This document shows, piece after piece, positions 1-9,692 of a stretch of DNA of 64,000 nt (within the stretch, counting starts at the first letter, position 1; each line of letters begins with the position of its first letter). A program made the position numbers and the translations under genes. A model generated the notes under the pieces. It worked only from the letters and a program-made list of their open reading frames with translations. It was not told the origin of the DNA and did not search any database. Source of the stretch: an uncultured virus (IMG/VR IMGVR_UViG_3300033075_001711) (lineage: Duplodnaviria > Heunggongvirae > Uroviricota > Caudoviricetes); IMG/VR virus record IMGVR_UViG_3300033075_001711; one strand, given 5' to 3'.

Positions 1-66
1 AGTGAGGCTATGTCTTTAGGTATAGATTCTTCTACTGGATATGTTTCTCCAGGCCCCAAAAAATAG
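1..66 (+). CDS. C-terminal end of a gene cut by the window edge
   Basis: Open frame from base 1 (SEAMSLGIDSSTGYVSPGPKK) to TAG at 64-66. Confidence 0.4.
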   Translation, partial: SEAMSLGIDSSTGYVSPGPKK

Positions 67-84
67 TTTTATTCAAATAAATTT

Positions 85-363
85 ATGTATAAAAACCCAA
101 CAGAGACGGGTTTAATTTCTAGATTAAGTGTATTAGTAGATATATTTAATAAAATTAAATACCCAGGAAATATAAAATTAACTCAAAAATATATGTTAGA
201 TAGTGTTGAAATTCCAAAAGGGACTGAGTTAAAAATTAAAAAGAAATATATAATGGGAGACGTTATTAGGGTTAGAGTTCTAAATCCTATAACACAAGAA
301 GATTCTATTTTTAATTTTTCTCCTAGTTTTAATTTGGATACATTACCTTTTGAATTTGTATAA
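85..363 (+). CDS. hypothetical protein
   Basis: 92-aa ATG ORF in the same orientation as all neighbours. Confidence 0.6.
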   Translation: MYKNPTETGLISRLSVLVDIFNKIKYPGNIKLTQKYMLDSVEIPKGTELKIKKKYIMGDVIRVRVLNPITQEDSIFNFSPSFNLDTLPFEFV

Positions 364-378
364 CAAAAACTGATTTTG

Positions 379-436
379 ATATTCCTCTATATATTGCTTT
401 TTTTCTCCTTTGAAATATATAGAGGAATATTTTTTT
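379..436 (+). terminator. 17-bp inverted repeat with 18-nt loop followed by a T tract
   Basis: atattcctctatatatt (379-395) / aatatatagaggaatat (414-430), then T run. Confidence 0.5.
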
Positions 437-457
437 ATTATAAACTAAGGTTTAAAA

Positions 458-2884
458 ATGTTTGATGAAAAATTAACTGAAGTAGAAATACAAGATAAAC
501 TTGAGTCTGACTATCTGGATTATTCTGTATATGTAATTCATGATAGAGCATTACCCAGAGTAGAAGATGGTTTAAAACCTGTTCAACGTAGAATCCTATA
601 CTCTTTTTATAAACAAAATAGTACTCCAACTAGTTCATATAAAAAATGCGCTTCTATTGTTGGGGATTGTATTAAATTACATCCACACGGAGAAACATCT
701 ATTTTTGATGCTTTGTGCAAAATGGCTTTAGATTGGGGATATAGGTATCCTTTAGTAGACCCCCAAGGAAGTTTTGGCTCTAGAGATGGTGATGGGCCAG
801 CAGCTATGCGATATGTTGAAGCTCGATTAACTAAATTTGGAAGTCTATTTTTTGATGGTATAGATAAAAAAAATGTTGATATGTTTCTTAATTATACACA
901 TGAAATAGAGGAACCAGATTTATTACCTGTTAGGTTTCCTAACCTATTAGTTAATCCTGTTAAAGGGATTGCTGTAGGTATGGCTACAGATATTCCCTCG
1001 CATAATTTAAAAGATGTGTGTACTCTAACTCAAGAATACATTAAACGAGAAATTAATATAGATGATGTTTTATCTATATTGAAAGGACCAGATTTTCCTA
1101 CAGGTGGTTTAGTTGAAGGTAAAGAAAAATTAAAAAATATTTATTTAACGGGTTCAGGACAAGTTAGTATTAAAGCTCGATATGAAATTGTAAAACAAAA
1201 AAATAAAACTATGATTTTATTTAGAGAGCTTCCTTTTAGAGTATTAAAATCTGAGTTAATTGCTAAAATAGCTAAAAAAATTGAAGCTAAAGAAATTTCA
1301 GGAATTAGTGAAATTCATGACCTTTCAGATAGAAATAATCCTCTATTGATAGAAATAACATTACAAAAAGATGCTAATCCTGAAGTAGTTATAAATAATT
1401 TATATCAAAAAACACATTTACAAACCACACATAATGCTAACTATACTGTACTAGTTGGTAAAGAACCTAAAGTATTAGATATTTTCTCTATTTTAAAATA
1501 TTGGTTAGAATTTAGAAAAAATGTTTTAAAACGAGAATTTACTTTTGATTTAAATAAAATAATTGAGCAGCTTATTACTTTAGAAGCTTATTTGGTTGCT
1601 TTAGGAAATATAGCTAAAGTAATTGAAATTATCCAAAACTCTGAATCTGTTCAAGTTGCTTTAGACTCTTTAAAAGAATCTTTAAATATTTCTGAGAAAT
1701 TTGCTAAAATTATATTAGATATGAAAATATCTAAATTAGTAAAATTAGAGAGATCTAAAATAGAAGAAGATAGTAAAAAATTACAAGATCGTAAGATTAG
1801 ATTAGAGAGTTTGTTAAATAACAAATCAGATTTGGATCAATATATTATTGATGATTTAGAAGATGTTAAAAAGCAGTGTGGCGATTCTAGAGTTAGTGAA
1901 ATAAGTTATACAGAACCAAAAGAAATTTCAGATATAGATTTAGTTCCAAAAGAAGATTTTCAACTAGTTATAACAAAAAATTCTCAATATTATAAAGAAG
2001 AGATAGATGGGTTGAAAAGTCAAAATCGAGGTGGGTTAGGGTCATCTATTAATTTACTAGACGGTGATAGAGTAGAGTTGTCTTTTTCTGCGTCATCTCA
2101 TTCTAAACTTTGTATTTTTACTAATTTGGGTAAAGTATATAATTTAAATGTTTTCGAGTTGCCTAATGTAAGCAGAAAAACATCCGGGAAAGATCTATCT
2201 AAATATTTAAATTTTAAATCTGATGAATTTATTTGTAAAATTTTGCCTTTAGATGAAAAAGAGGTAACAGATAAATATGTATTGCTTGTGACAAAATTTG
2301 GATATGTTAAAAAATTATCTGTCTCTGAAATTTTTTCTGAAAGAGCTTTAGGTTTAGGGGTCATTAAATTTAATGATGGTGACTCTATAGTTTCTGTTTT
2401 AATTCAAGATTCTCAAAAAGAAATGTTTTTGTTACAAAACAGTGGAGATTTGTTACGAACATCCATTGTTGATTTAAGGGAAATGTCCAGACATGCTCGT
2501 GGGTCTAGATGTATTAAATTAGTTGAGGATAGTTTTGTTGTTGGTGCTGGTTTAATAGATAATGAGAATCAAAAATTATTAATCATAACTGATAAAGGTT
2601 ATGGTAAAGTAACTCCAATATCTCCTTTTAAACAATATAGTAGAAATGCTACAGGAAGTTGTGCTATATTATTAAAAGAGGGAATTCAAAAATATGGTAA
2701 AGTTATTTATGGAAATAGTATAGATCTAGAAGTAATAAAATATATTACTCTAGTGACAGATGAAAATAAAACTATTAAAATAGATATTGGAGATTTAAAA
2801 ATAAAAAATAGATATACTGTAGGAGAAAGATTAATTAGATTTGAAAATGATTCAGGAAAAGTAGTATCTGTATCTGTTTTTTGA
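458..2884 (+). CDS. gyrA: DNA gyrase subunit A
   Basis: RALPRVEDGLKPVQRR, HPHG, catalytic AAMRYVEARL, GIAVGMATDIPSHN; C-terminal pinwheel repeats with GyrA-box-like QNRGGLG. Confidence 0.93.
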   Translation: MFDEKLTEVEIQDKLESDYLDYSVYVIHDRALPRVEDGLKPVQRRILYSFYKQNSTPTSSYKKCASIVGDCIKLHPHGETSIFDALCKMALDWGYRYPLVDPQGSFGSRDGDGPAAMRYVEARLTKFGSLFFDGIDKKNVDMFLNYTHEIEEPDLLPVRFPNLLVNPVKGIAVGMATDIPSHNLKDVCTLTQEYIKREINIDDVLSILKGPDFPTGGLVEGKEKLKNIYLTGSGQVSIKARYEIVKQKNKTMILFRELPFRVLKSELIAKIAKKIEAKEISGISEIHDLSDRNNPLLIEITLQKDANPEVVINNLYQKTHLQTTHNANYTVLVGKEPKVLDIFSILKYWLEFRKNVLKREFTFDLNKIIEQLITLEAYLVALGNIAKVIEIIQNSESVQVALDSLKESLNISEKFAKIILDMKISKLVKLERSKIEEDSKKLQDRKIRLESLLNNKSDLDQYIIDDLEDVKKQCGDSRVSEISYTEPKEISDIDLVPKEDFQLVITKNSQYYKEEIDGLKSQNRGGLGSSINLLDGDRVELSFSASSHSKLCIFTNLGKVYNLNVFELPNVSRKTSGKDLSKYLNFKSDEFICKILPLDEKEVTDKYVLLVTKFGYVKKLSVSEIFSERALGLGVIKFNDGDSIVSVLIQDSQKEMFLLQNSGDLLRTSIVDLREMSRHARGSRCIKLVEDSFVVGAGLIDNENQKLLIITDKGYGKVTPISPFKQYSRNATGSCAILLKEGIQKYGKVIYGNSIDLEVIKYITLVTDENKTIKIDIGDLKIKNRYTVGERLIRFENDSGKVVSVSVF

Positions 2885-2918
2885 TTAATTAATATATCTT
2901 ATAGACTTTAAAAAATTT

Positions 2919-2943
2919 CTAGGGGCCTTTTGGCCCCTAGTTT
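2919..2943 (+). terminator. rho-independent terminator-like hairpin
   Basis: ctaggggcc-tttt-ggcccctag followed by ttt, just after gyrA. Confidence 0.7.
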
Positions 2944-2972
2944 ATATATTGTGTGTACATTATAGGTAATAT

Positions 2973-3470
2973 ATGGAAGATATTATTTCTGCCTCTATTT
3001 CTGTGTTATTTATCTCTAATGAAAAAAATGTAAAAATTTATTCCGATTTTATCTCAAATATAAAAGAATTTAATTTTGAATTTGTCATATCTTCAGATAA
3101 TTTACCTCAAAATTTAAATTATGATGTTGTTATTATTGATGCGGAATATTTGGATAACTATTTAGATTCTTTAGTTAGTTTGTTAGAAAAATTTGAAAGC
3201 AAACCTATTGTTGTAATAGGAAAAAATTCTAAACAATGTCTTGAAGAGAAATATTTATCTTTAGGTGTAGATGATTTATTAATTTATGGTACTTTTTCAC
3301 AAAAAGATTTTATTCGTATAATTAAAAAGGTTATTTATAGGACTAATCCTAATAGTGAAATAAAAAAATATTTTTGTGGTAAATGTCTTGTAAAAGAAAA
3401 TACATACATAAAAGAAACAATTAATATTTTAGACAATTTAATTTTAAATCTAAAACATTATTCAATATAG
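2973..3470 (+). CDS. response-regulator receiver-like (pseudo-receiver) protein
   Basis: CheY-like pattern: VLFIS, YDVVIID, PIVVIG, LSLGVDDLL; N-terminal acidic pair and conserved Lys not evident. Confidence 0.55.
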   Translation: MEDIISASISVLFISNEKNVKIYSDFISNIKEFNFEFVISSDNLPQNLNYDVVIIDAEYLDNYLDSLVSLLEKFESKPIVVIGKNSKQCLEEKYLSLGVDDLLIYGTFSQKDFIRIIKKVIYRTNPNSEIKKYFCGKCLVKENTYIKETINILDNLILNLKHYSI

Positions 3471-3481
3471 GAAATATACTC

Positions 3482-3952
3482 ATGCCACCAATTAGCCAAA
3501 TGGAATTATTAAGAGAAACTGTAATTCAAGGTTTAGAGGTGACTCGACACACATTAGATAAGTTAGATGAAAAATTACAGCTTTATATAATTGAATATGA
3601 GAGAATTAAAACTGAATTAGAGTTTATTAAAACTCAACTAAAACAGATAAAAGATATTGTTTCTGATGGTGTAAATGGACAACCTTCTATGGTTACTCAA
3701 TTTGCTTTGTTAAAACAAAATCAAGAAATTCTTAGTAAAGATATTAAAGATTTGGATTCTGATTTTAGTAAAAAATTAGGGCTCTCAAATATAGAAATTA
3801 AATCTTTATCTGAAGAGTTTTCTAAATCAATAGATAAAAAACAAAGTTTATGGGTAGAGAAAATAAAAGGTAGGTATGGAACTTTAGTTTCCATTATAAC
3901 AGGTATATTTATAGTTTTAGGTATAGTTATAAAATGGTATTTAGAAAAGTGA
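3482..3952 (+). CDS. coiled-coil protein with C-terminal transmembrane helix
   Basis: Heptad-rich body; hydrophobic TLVSIITGIFIVLGIVI then KWYLEK. Confidence 0.6.
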   Translation: MPPISQMELLRETVIQGLEVTRHTLDKLDEKLQLYIIEYERIKTELEFIKTQLKQIKDIVSDGVNGQPSMVTQFALLKQNQEILSKDIKDLDSDFSKKLGLSNIEIKSLSEEFSKSIDKKQSLWVEKIKGRYGTLVSIITGIFIVLGIVIKWYLEK

Positions 3953-3973
3953 GATCAGCCTGATCTCACTTTT
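3945..3973 (+). terminator. terminator-like hairpin
   Basis: aaaagtgagatca-gcc-tgatctcactttt overlapping the stop codon. Confidence 0.65.
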
Positions 3974-4016
3974 ACTGTATAGTATAAAATATTTTTCTTT
4001 TTAGAAAGGGATTTTT

Positions 4017-6782
4017 ATGTCTATTTTACTAAACCCTAAACAACAAGAAGCTTGTGAACATTTTAAAGGTCCTGCGATTGTTTCTGCAGCCCCCGGCTCA
4101 GGTAAAACTAGTTTATTAAGTTCTAGATTTGAATACCTTGTAAATAAACATAAAATTCCTTATAATAAAATTTTAACTATTACTTTTACTAATAAAGCTG
4201 CGAATGAATTGGTTTCTAGAATTTCTAAAAATGTTAAATTGCCTAAAAATAAATTAGAATATTATATTGGCACTTTCCATAGTATTTTTCTTAGGTTTTT
4301 AAGACAATATCATAACTATTTAGGTTTAAATAAAAATTTTGCTATTTACGATGATTATGATTCTTATGTTTTAATGAAAAATATTTTAACTGAGTTAAAT
4401 GAAGATGCGGGTCAAGCAATAAATTTACTTCAGAAATTAGATCAAATTAAATCTAATCTGTTGTCTTTTGAAGATGCAATAAAAGAAAATATTATTAAAA
4501 AAGAAGAAATTGTATTTTTTGAGAAATATAATTCTGGCCTTATAAACAGCAATGCTATAGATTTTAGTCAAATTTTACTAAGTTTTTATAATTTATTAAG
4601 AATAGATCCGGATATTAAAGAAAATATTCAATCAAATTTTGATTTTATTATGGGAGATGAAACTCAAGATAATAACTATTTACAATATAAAATTTTAGAA
4701 GAGCTTTCAGATCATAATGAAAACATTATGTTGGTTGGGGATATAGATCAGTGTATTCCTGAAGGTGAGATTGTAGAGACTGAAGACGGAAATAAATATA
4801 TAGAAGACCTAAAAATAGGGGAGTATGTCTACTCTTCCGTAGGGGGTAAATTAAAATCTAGAAAAATATTAAATATTTCTGAATCTCTACACGATGAAGT
4901 CATTGAATTTAAGACTAAATCAGGTAAAGTTTTTAAATGCACTAAAAATCACGGTTTGTTTTGTAAAGCAGATTTTATTTCAGATTTTTACTATCTATAT
5001 ATTAGTTTGAGTCGAAAACATAGTAAGGCTAGACTAGGATTTTTTAAAGGAGATTCCCCTAAAAAATTTGACGGCTCTTATTTTATTATTGACACAACTA
5101 AAGATGTTAATGAAGCTAGAAGTATTTTAAAATCTTTTGGTAATTATTATGGTGGAAAACAATTAAAAGATAATTGCTATGAAATTATTTTAACAGGTTA
5201 TGAAGAAGAAAATTGTGTAACTGATTTACTAATTTCAGCTAAATACCAAAATTATGTCATAGATAACAAATCTGATTTATATTTGAAAATTTTTAAAGGA
5301 TCTAGTCATGGTTCATCGTTAGAATTTGGATCTAAAGAAACATCTGAATTTTTGTTTAACTATGCTGATAATCCTTATTCTATATTAAATTTAGCTAAAA
5401 AATTAACAAAAAAATTTAATATATTAAATGTTACAACATCTTTATCTAATTTTGTTGATTTTAATAAAGTTTGTGCCGCGAATGTATTTCCTGGCATGAA
5501 ATTAATTTCAATTAATCCTAGAACAGCCACATTAGTTGAAGATGAAATTATTTCTAAACAGTATATAATAAAAAAAGCAAGGTGTTTTGATTTAGAAATA
5601 GAATTAAGTTCTAATTTTAATGTAAATGGTGTTATTGTCTCGAATTCTTTATATGGGTTTAGACATGCTGTACCAAAAAGGTTTTTAGATTTTAAAAAAC
5701 GTTATCCAAACGCTAAATTGTTTTATTTAGATCAAAATTATAGGTCAACTAAAAATATTGTTGGAATGTCTTTATCTTGTATTGAGAATAATAAAGATAG
5801 ATTTCCTATAAAAATATTTACTGAAAATAAAGAAGGTTCTAAAGTTAAATATGCTTCACATGTTAGTGAAAAAGCACAAGCTGAATTTGTAGTTAAAACA
5901 ATTAAAAATTTATATAGAAAATATCCGCTAATTTCATTGTCTAATTATGCTGTTTTATTTAGATCAAATTCTCAAGTAGATACTTTGGAACAATCCTTTA
6001 TAAATCACAAATTACCATACTACTATGCAGATGGTTTAAGTTTTTTTCAAACCGCTGAAATTAAAGATATTTTAGCGTATTTAAAATTTCTTAATAATCC
6101 ATATGATTTTGTGTCATTTTCACGAATGATTAATACCCCAAATAGAGGTATAGGAGATGTTACCAAAAATAAGATTAAATTATATTCGAAAGATTATAAA
6201 TTTAATTATGAAGAAGCAATTAAGCATTATAATTTTTCTTTAGCACAAAAACAAACAATTAATTTTCTTTTGGATACATTTAAAACGTGTAAGTCAAAAA
6301 ACACCACGTTTGATCTAGTAAACTATTTAATTGGACACATAAATTATATAGGGCATTTAAATAAAGTAGTTAAAGATCCAGAGCTATTAAATGTAAAAAT
6401 ATCCAATATAAATAAATTTAAAAAACATATTCAAAATCTAGAAGAAGCAGGTCCAGTTAGTTTAGAGAATTTTCTTGAACAAATTTCTATATTCAACTCA
6501 GATGAAATAGAAAATAAAGATAAAGTAAATCTAATGACTGTACACTCTTCTAAAGGGTTGGAGTATGATGTTGTGTTTTTAATCGGCGCTAATAATGGAA
6601 TGTTACCACATTTTAAAAATTTAGATATAGAAGAAGAACGACGAATTTTTTATGTGGGCTCCACACGAGCTAAGAAACTTTTGATCTTATCTAGTTTTTA
6701 TGTTGATTCTAATGGTAAAAAATTTCAACCCTCTCGTTTTATTTCTGAATTAGATCCTAAATATATTGAACGCTATGAATAA
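4017..6782 (+). CDS. uvrD: UvrD/PcrA SF1A DNA helicase containing an intein
   Basis: AAPGSGKT, TFTNKAANE, GTFHS, DETQD, GDIDQ|SLYGFR (motif III split), QNYRST, TVHSSKGLE, EERRIFYVGSTRAK. Confidence 0.93.
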   Translation: MSILLNPKQQEACEHFKGPAIVSAAPGSGKTSLLSSRFEYLVNKHKIPYNKILTITFTNKAANELVSRISKNVKLPKNKLEYYIGTFHSIFLRFLRQYHNYLGLNKNFAIYDDYDSYVLMKNILTELNEDAGQAINLLQKLDQIKSNLLSFEDAIKENIIKKEEIVFFEKYNSGLINSNAIDFSQILLSFYNLLRIDPDIKENIQSNFDFIMGDETQDNNYLQYKILEELSDHNENIMLVGDIDQCIPEGEIVETEDGNKYIEDLKIGEYVYSSVGGKLKSRKILNISESLHDEVIEFKTKSGKVFKCTKNHGLFCKADFISDFYYLYISLSRKHSKARLGFFKGDSPKKFDGSYFIIDTTKDVNEARSILKSFGNYYGGKQLKDNCYEIILTGYEEENCVTDLLISAKYQNYVIDNKSDLYLKIFKGSSHGSSLEFGSKETSEFLFNYADNPYSILNLAKKLTKKFNILNVTTSLSNFVDFNKVCAANVFPGMKLISINPRTATLVEDEIISKQYIIKKARCFDLEIELSSNFNVNGVIVSNSLYGFRHAVPKRFLDFKKRYPNAKLFYLDQNYRSTKNIVGMSLSCIENNKDRFPIKIFTENKEGSKVKYASHVSEKAQAEFVVKTIKNLYRKYPLISLSNYAVLFRSNSQVDTLEQSFINHKLPYYYADGLSFFQTAEIKDILAYLKFLNNPYDFVSFSRMINTPNRGIGDVTKNKIKLYSKDYKFNYEEAIKHYNFSLAQKQTINFLLDTFKTCKSKNTTFDLVNYLIGHINYIGHLNKVVKDPELLNVKISNINKFKKHIQNLEEAGPVSLENFLEQISIFNSDEIENKDKVNLMTVHSSKGLEYDVVFLIGANNGMLPHFKNLDIEEERRIFYVGSTRAKKLLILSSFYVDSNGKKFQPSRFISELDPKYIERYE
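4752..5645 (+). mobile_element. intein (298 aa) in helicase motif III
   Basis: Begins CIPEGEIVETEDG after GDIDQ; block B CTKNH; ends FDLEIELSSNFNVNGVIVSN followed by Ser+1 (SLYGFR). Confidence 0.9.
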
Positions 6783-7311
6783 CATATTTTCTTATTTTGA
6801 TGTGTCTAATACTATTATAAATCAAAATGATACTCACGATTATTCTGATAAAATAGTTGTTAATCCTATTTATTTTTTTGAAAGATATTTTGAAAAATTT
6901 CAAGTCTATCCTAAAATATTAAAATATATAACTTGTATCCCATTAAATCCTCAAAAATTTAGTTTGGATTCAGTTTACAATTATTCTGAAGTTATTGATA
7001 TTATAGTTGAAAATAACAAGAATATGCTTGAAATTGATACAAAACAGTTTACTATGGATATAAAATATTGGAGATTTTATCAAGATAAAATCTTGGACGA
7101 AAAATTAAAAAAAGATGTAAAAAGATTTATAAATAGCGGACAAAAGTTTTTAAAACATGTGAAATTAGTTGGAAATAAATATTATTTAAAATTAAATTAT
7201 ACGTTAGTTAATGATTTTATAATTAATTTAGGATATCCTATAGAAGATATACTTGTTTTTTCAAGTAAAAGCATCATTTCTAATTTAAATTGGATGAAGG
7301 TGGAGTTATGA
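6775..7311 (+). CDS. hypothetical protein
   Basis: ORF overlapping helicase stop; ATG at 6775 preferred to TTG at 6766. Confidence 0.6.
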   Translation: MNNIFSYFDVSNTIINQNDTHDYSDKIVVNPIYFFERYFEKFQVYPKILKYITCIPLNPQKFSLDSVYNYSEVIDIIVENNKNMLEIDTKQFTMDIKYWRFYQDKILDEKLKKDVKRFINSGQKFLKHVKLVGNKYYLKLNYTLVNDFIINLGYPIEDILVFSSKSIISNLNWMKVEL

Positions 7312-7499
7312 GTTTTGTTAGAACGTCAGTTTCTAGTAGGGACAAAGGTTGTTTCAGTTGTATACATTATAAGTGTAGTATTATTAAAGATCTACCAGAT
7401 AATGTAATTACTGCCGATCATGGCAAATCTTGTACAATGTTTTCCCCAAAGGATGTTGTAAATGATGATTTTGAATTTAACTCCAAAAATAAAATGTAG
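7308..7499 (+). CDS. small Cys-containing hypothetical protein
   Basis: CFSCIHYKC...C; ATGA overlap with upstream stop. Confidence 0.5.
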   Translation: MSFVRTSVSSRDKGCFSCIHYKCSIIKDLPDNVITADHGKSCTMFSPKDVVNDDFEFNSKNKM

Positions 7500-8136
7500 G
7501 GATGAAATTTTAACTAAATTAGCCTTGTGTGATGAATCTAAACCTTTAATTTTTTATGGTTCCTCTGGAATTGGTAAAAAATATTTTGCGTCAGTTTTTT
7601 CAAAATACAATCCTAATTTAATCCCAATAGTAATAGATTCTATTATTCCCCCAAATATTTTTGGACAGTTATTGTACTTTAGAAAATATACTGAGACAGA
7701 ATTAGAAAAATTTATAGATCCGCAGATAGATTTTAAAAAATTTAAAATTCCTATTTTAAAACTTTCTTATGGGTCAACTCAAGATTTGCATGATTACATG
7801 TATTCTTCTTTTATAGATATTCGTAAATTATTTCTACGACTTCTAACAGATTCTTTACGATATGTGTCTATTCATAAATGTATTCAAGATATAATTCAAT
7901 CCGCTGCTGATTTACCAATCAATTTAACACTAAGAATTTTGTATAGTTTATGTAACGATGTTGTTTATGCAAAAAACAATATTACTAGTAAAATTATACA
8001 TGTTGATTGTGTTGATTTAATAACTAAAATTCCATATGAAAAAGCTTTGAATATTTTAACTTTTAAATACAATAATAAAATTAGTTTAGATTTAAAAGAT
8101 GCTTTAGTAACCTTATTTATTCTTTATGAAAATTGA
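7462..8136 (+). CDS. shortened clamp-loader delta-prime (HolB)-like protein
   Basis: LIFYGSSGIGKKYFA P-loop, LYFRKYTETELEKFI and LKLSYGS lid-like motifs; no Walker B or Zn module visible. Confidence 0.5.
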   Translation: MMILNLTPKIKCRDEILTKLALCDESKPLIFYGSSGIGKKYFASVFSKYNPNLIPIVIDSIIPPNIFGQLLYFRKYTETELEKFIDPQIDFKKFKIPILKLSYGSTQDLHDYMYSSFIDIRKLFLRLLTDSLRYVSIHKCIQDIIQSAADLPINLTLRILYSLCNDVVYAKNNITSKIIHVDCVDLITKIPYEKALNILTFKYNNKISLDLKDALVTLFILYEN

Positions 8137-8884
8137 AAATTTTTTTAATAAAATTACAGCCACACCTTTTGTTTTTTATGATAAACCTGTTATATTTTTA
8201 GGCGCAAATAATGAAGAAAATTTTGAGACTATAGATATTATAAAAGATATTGTTTTAACTTTAAATCTAGATATACAATTTAAAAAAATTTCTGACTCAT
8301 CTGAAATTATAGTCGCTCCTAACATAGTTTATTTAATATCTTTAGAAGAATTAAGAAATAGAAATTATACAATATTTAAATTTAGTTCACAATCTCAAGA
8401 TAAAAAAGATTTTTGGAAATTATTTTCAGAATCCATTTTAAAATTTATAAAAGACCCTAAATTATACTCATTTAAAGAACTTTATTGTATTTGGAAAACA
8501 GTCTATTTTCTTAATATATCTTTTAAATCTTTTATAAAAATAGAAGAGGAGCATAAAGAATATGAATTTGCCATAAATTATTTGATGGATAATACAACAC
8601 AAACACAAAGACTTTTAAAAGAGAATTTAATTTGGGTTAAATTTAAAAATTATATTTTGGAACTTATACTGTTTAAAGATTATGTGTCCGCAGAAATGCC
8701 TTTAGATGAAATATTTAAACATTTTAAAAATAGACTAAATATGTTAGAACTTGCTAAAAAATATAAAATGACTGTATTAAAAAATCTGTATATGAAAATA
8801 TTAGATATAGAGTTTTATTCTAAAAATTCAACTGATCTTACTAAATTTATTATGCTGGTGTATGATGGAAAAATTACTTTTTAA
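8126..8884 (+). CDS. clamp-loader delta (HolA)-like protein
   Basis: C-terminal LELAKKYKMTVLKNLYMKILDIEFYSKNS resembles the delta collar domain; adjacent to the delta-prime-like gene. Confidence 0.4.
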   Translation: MKIENFFNKITATPFVFYDKPVIFLGANNEENFETIDIIKDIVLTLNLDIQFKKISDSSEIIVAPNIVYLISLEELRNRNYTIFKFSSQSQDKKDFWKLFSESILKFIKDPKLYSFKELYCIWKTVYFLNISFKSFIKIEEEHKEYEFAINYLMDNTTQTQRLLKENLIWVKFKNYILELILFKDYVSAEMPLDEIFKHFKNRLNMLELAKKYKMTVLKNLYMKILDIEFYSKNSTDLTKFIMLVYDGKITF

Positions 8885-9572
8885 AAATTATAGTCATTCA
8901 ATTTTTGGAGACAGTAACATTCAAGATCTAGGGTATTTGTGGGGAGAGAAATTCTCAGGCTGGTTTATTAAATACGAAAAAATAGATAAAAAAGAAAGTA
9001 TATTTATTGAAAATGAAAATTTAGATTTGAATTTTTATAAATTAACTATAGAGTTTAATTTGCCTAGTTCTGATGTATCTTGGATGTCACAAAAAAGACA
9101 GGAAATTTATAAAGACAGTGTTACAGACATAGCACGAGAAATTAAACTGTTTAGATTTAATTTTGGAAAGAAATATTCTTTAAAAACAGTGGATGGTTCT
9201 TATGTTATTGATGATGACATTTTATTTAAATTTGGAGATTTAAATCTTGAAGAAGCTCAAAAAAATGTTCTCACTTTTCATGCTTATCGTATCCCAAATT
9301 ATTTTGGTGAATTATTTGAAATTTCAAATGAGAGCTTGGAAAAACTTTATTCTAAAAAAGACGAAATACAATGGGAAAAGTTTGGCTCCATAATTGAAAA
9401 TATGGAAAAAGATTTGAAAAAAAGATTGGAGGATTTATTATTTTTATTTTGGGAAAAATTATGTGTTGAAAAACCATATTTTGAATATCTCTCTAAACTT
9501 TTTAAAAATGAAAAAAACATCGCGGATCTTGTGGAATTCGATTTTTTCGTGTTCCAGCAAGGAATTTCGTAA
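8862..9572 (+). CDS. hypothetical protein
   Basis: 236-aa ORF overlapping the upstream gene. Confidence 0.65.
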   Translation: MMEKLLFKNYSHSIFGDSNIQDLGYLWGEKFSGWFIKYEKIDKKESIFIENENLDLNFYKLTIEFNLPSSDVSWMSQKRQEIYKDSVTDIAREIKLFRFNFGKKYSLKTVDGSYVIDDDILFKFGDLNLEEAQKNVLTFHAYRIPNYFGELFEISNESLEKLYSKKDEIQWEKFGSIIENMEKDLKKRLEDLLFLFWEKLCVEKPYFEYLSKLFKNEKNIADLVEFDFFVFQQGIS

Positions 9573-9692
9573 CCAATCAATTGAGAAATATTTAGTAAAT
9601 AGAGTTTGTATATAATATCACATAGACACCTAGCAACTCTAACATGTTAATTATTTTAAAGCTAGGTGTTTTTTATTTTTAGGTTGAAAATT

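Noticed and set aside
9520..9572. CpG-rich end of ORF 8862 with a weak hairpin
   Set aside because: Short, with an imperfect stem and no adjacent mobile element; could be chance.
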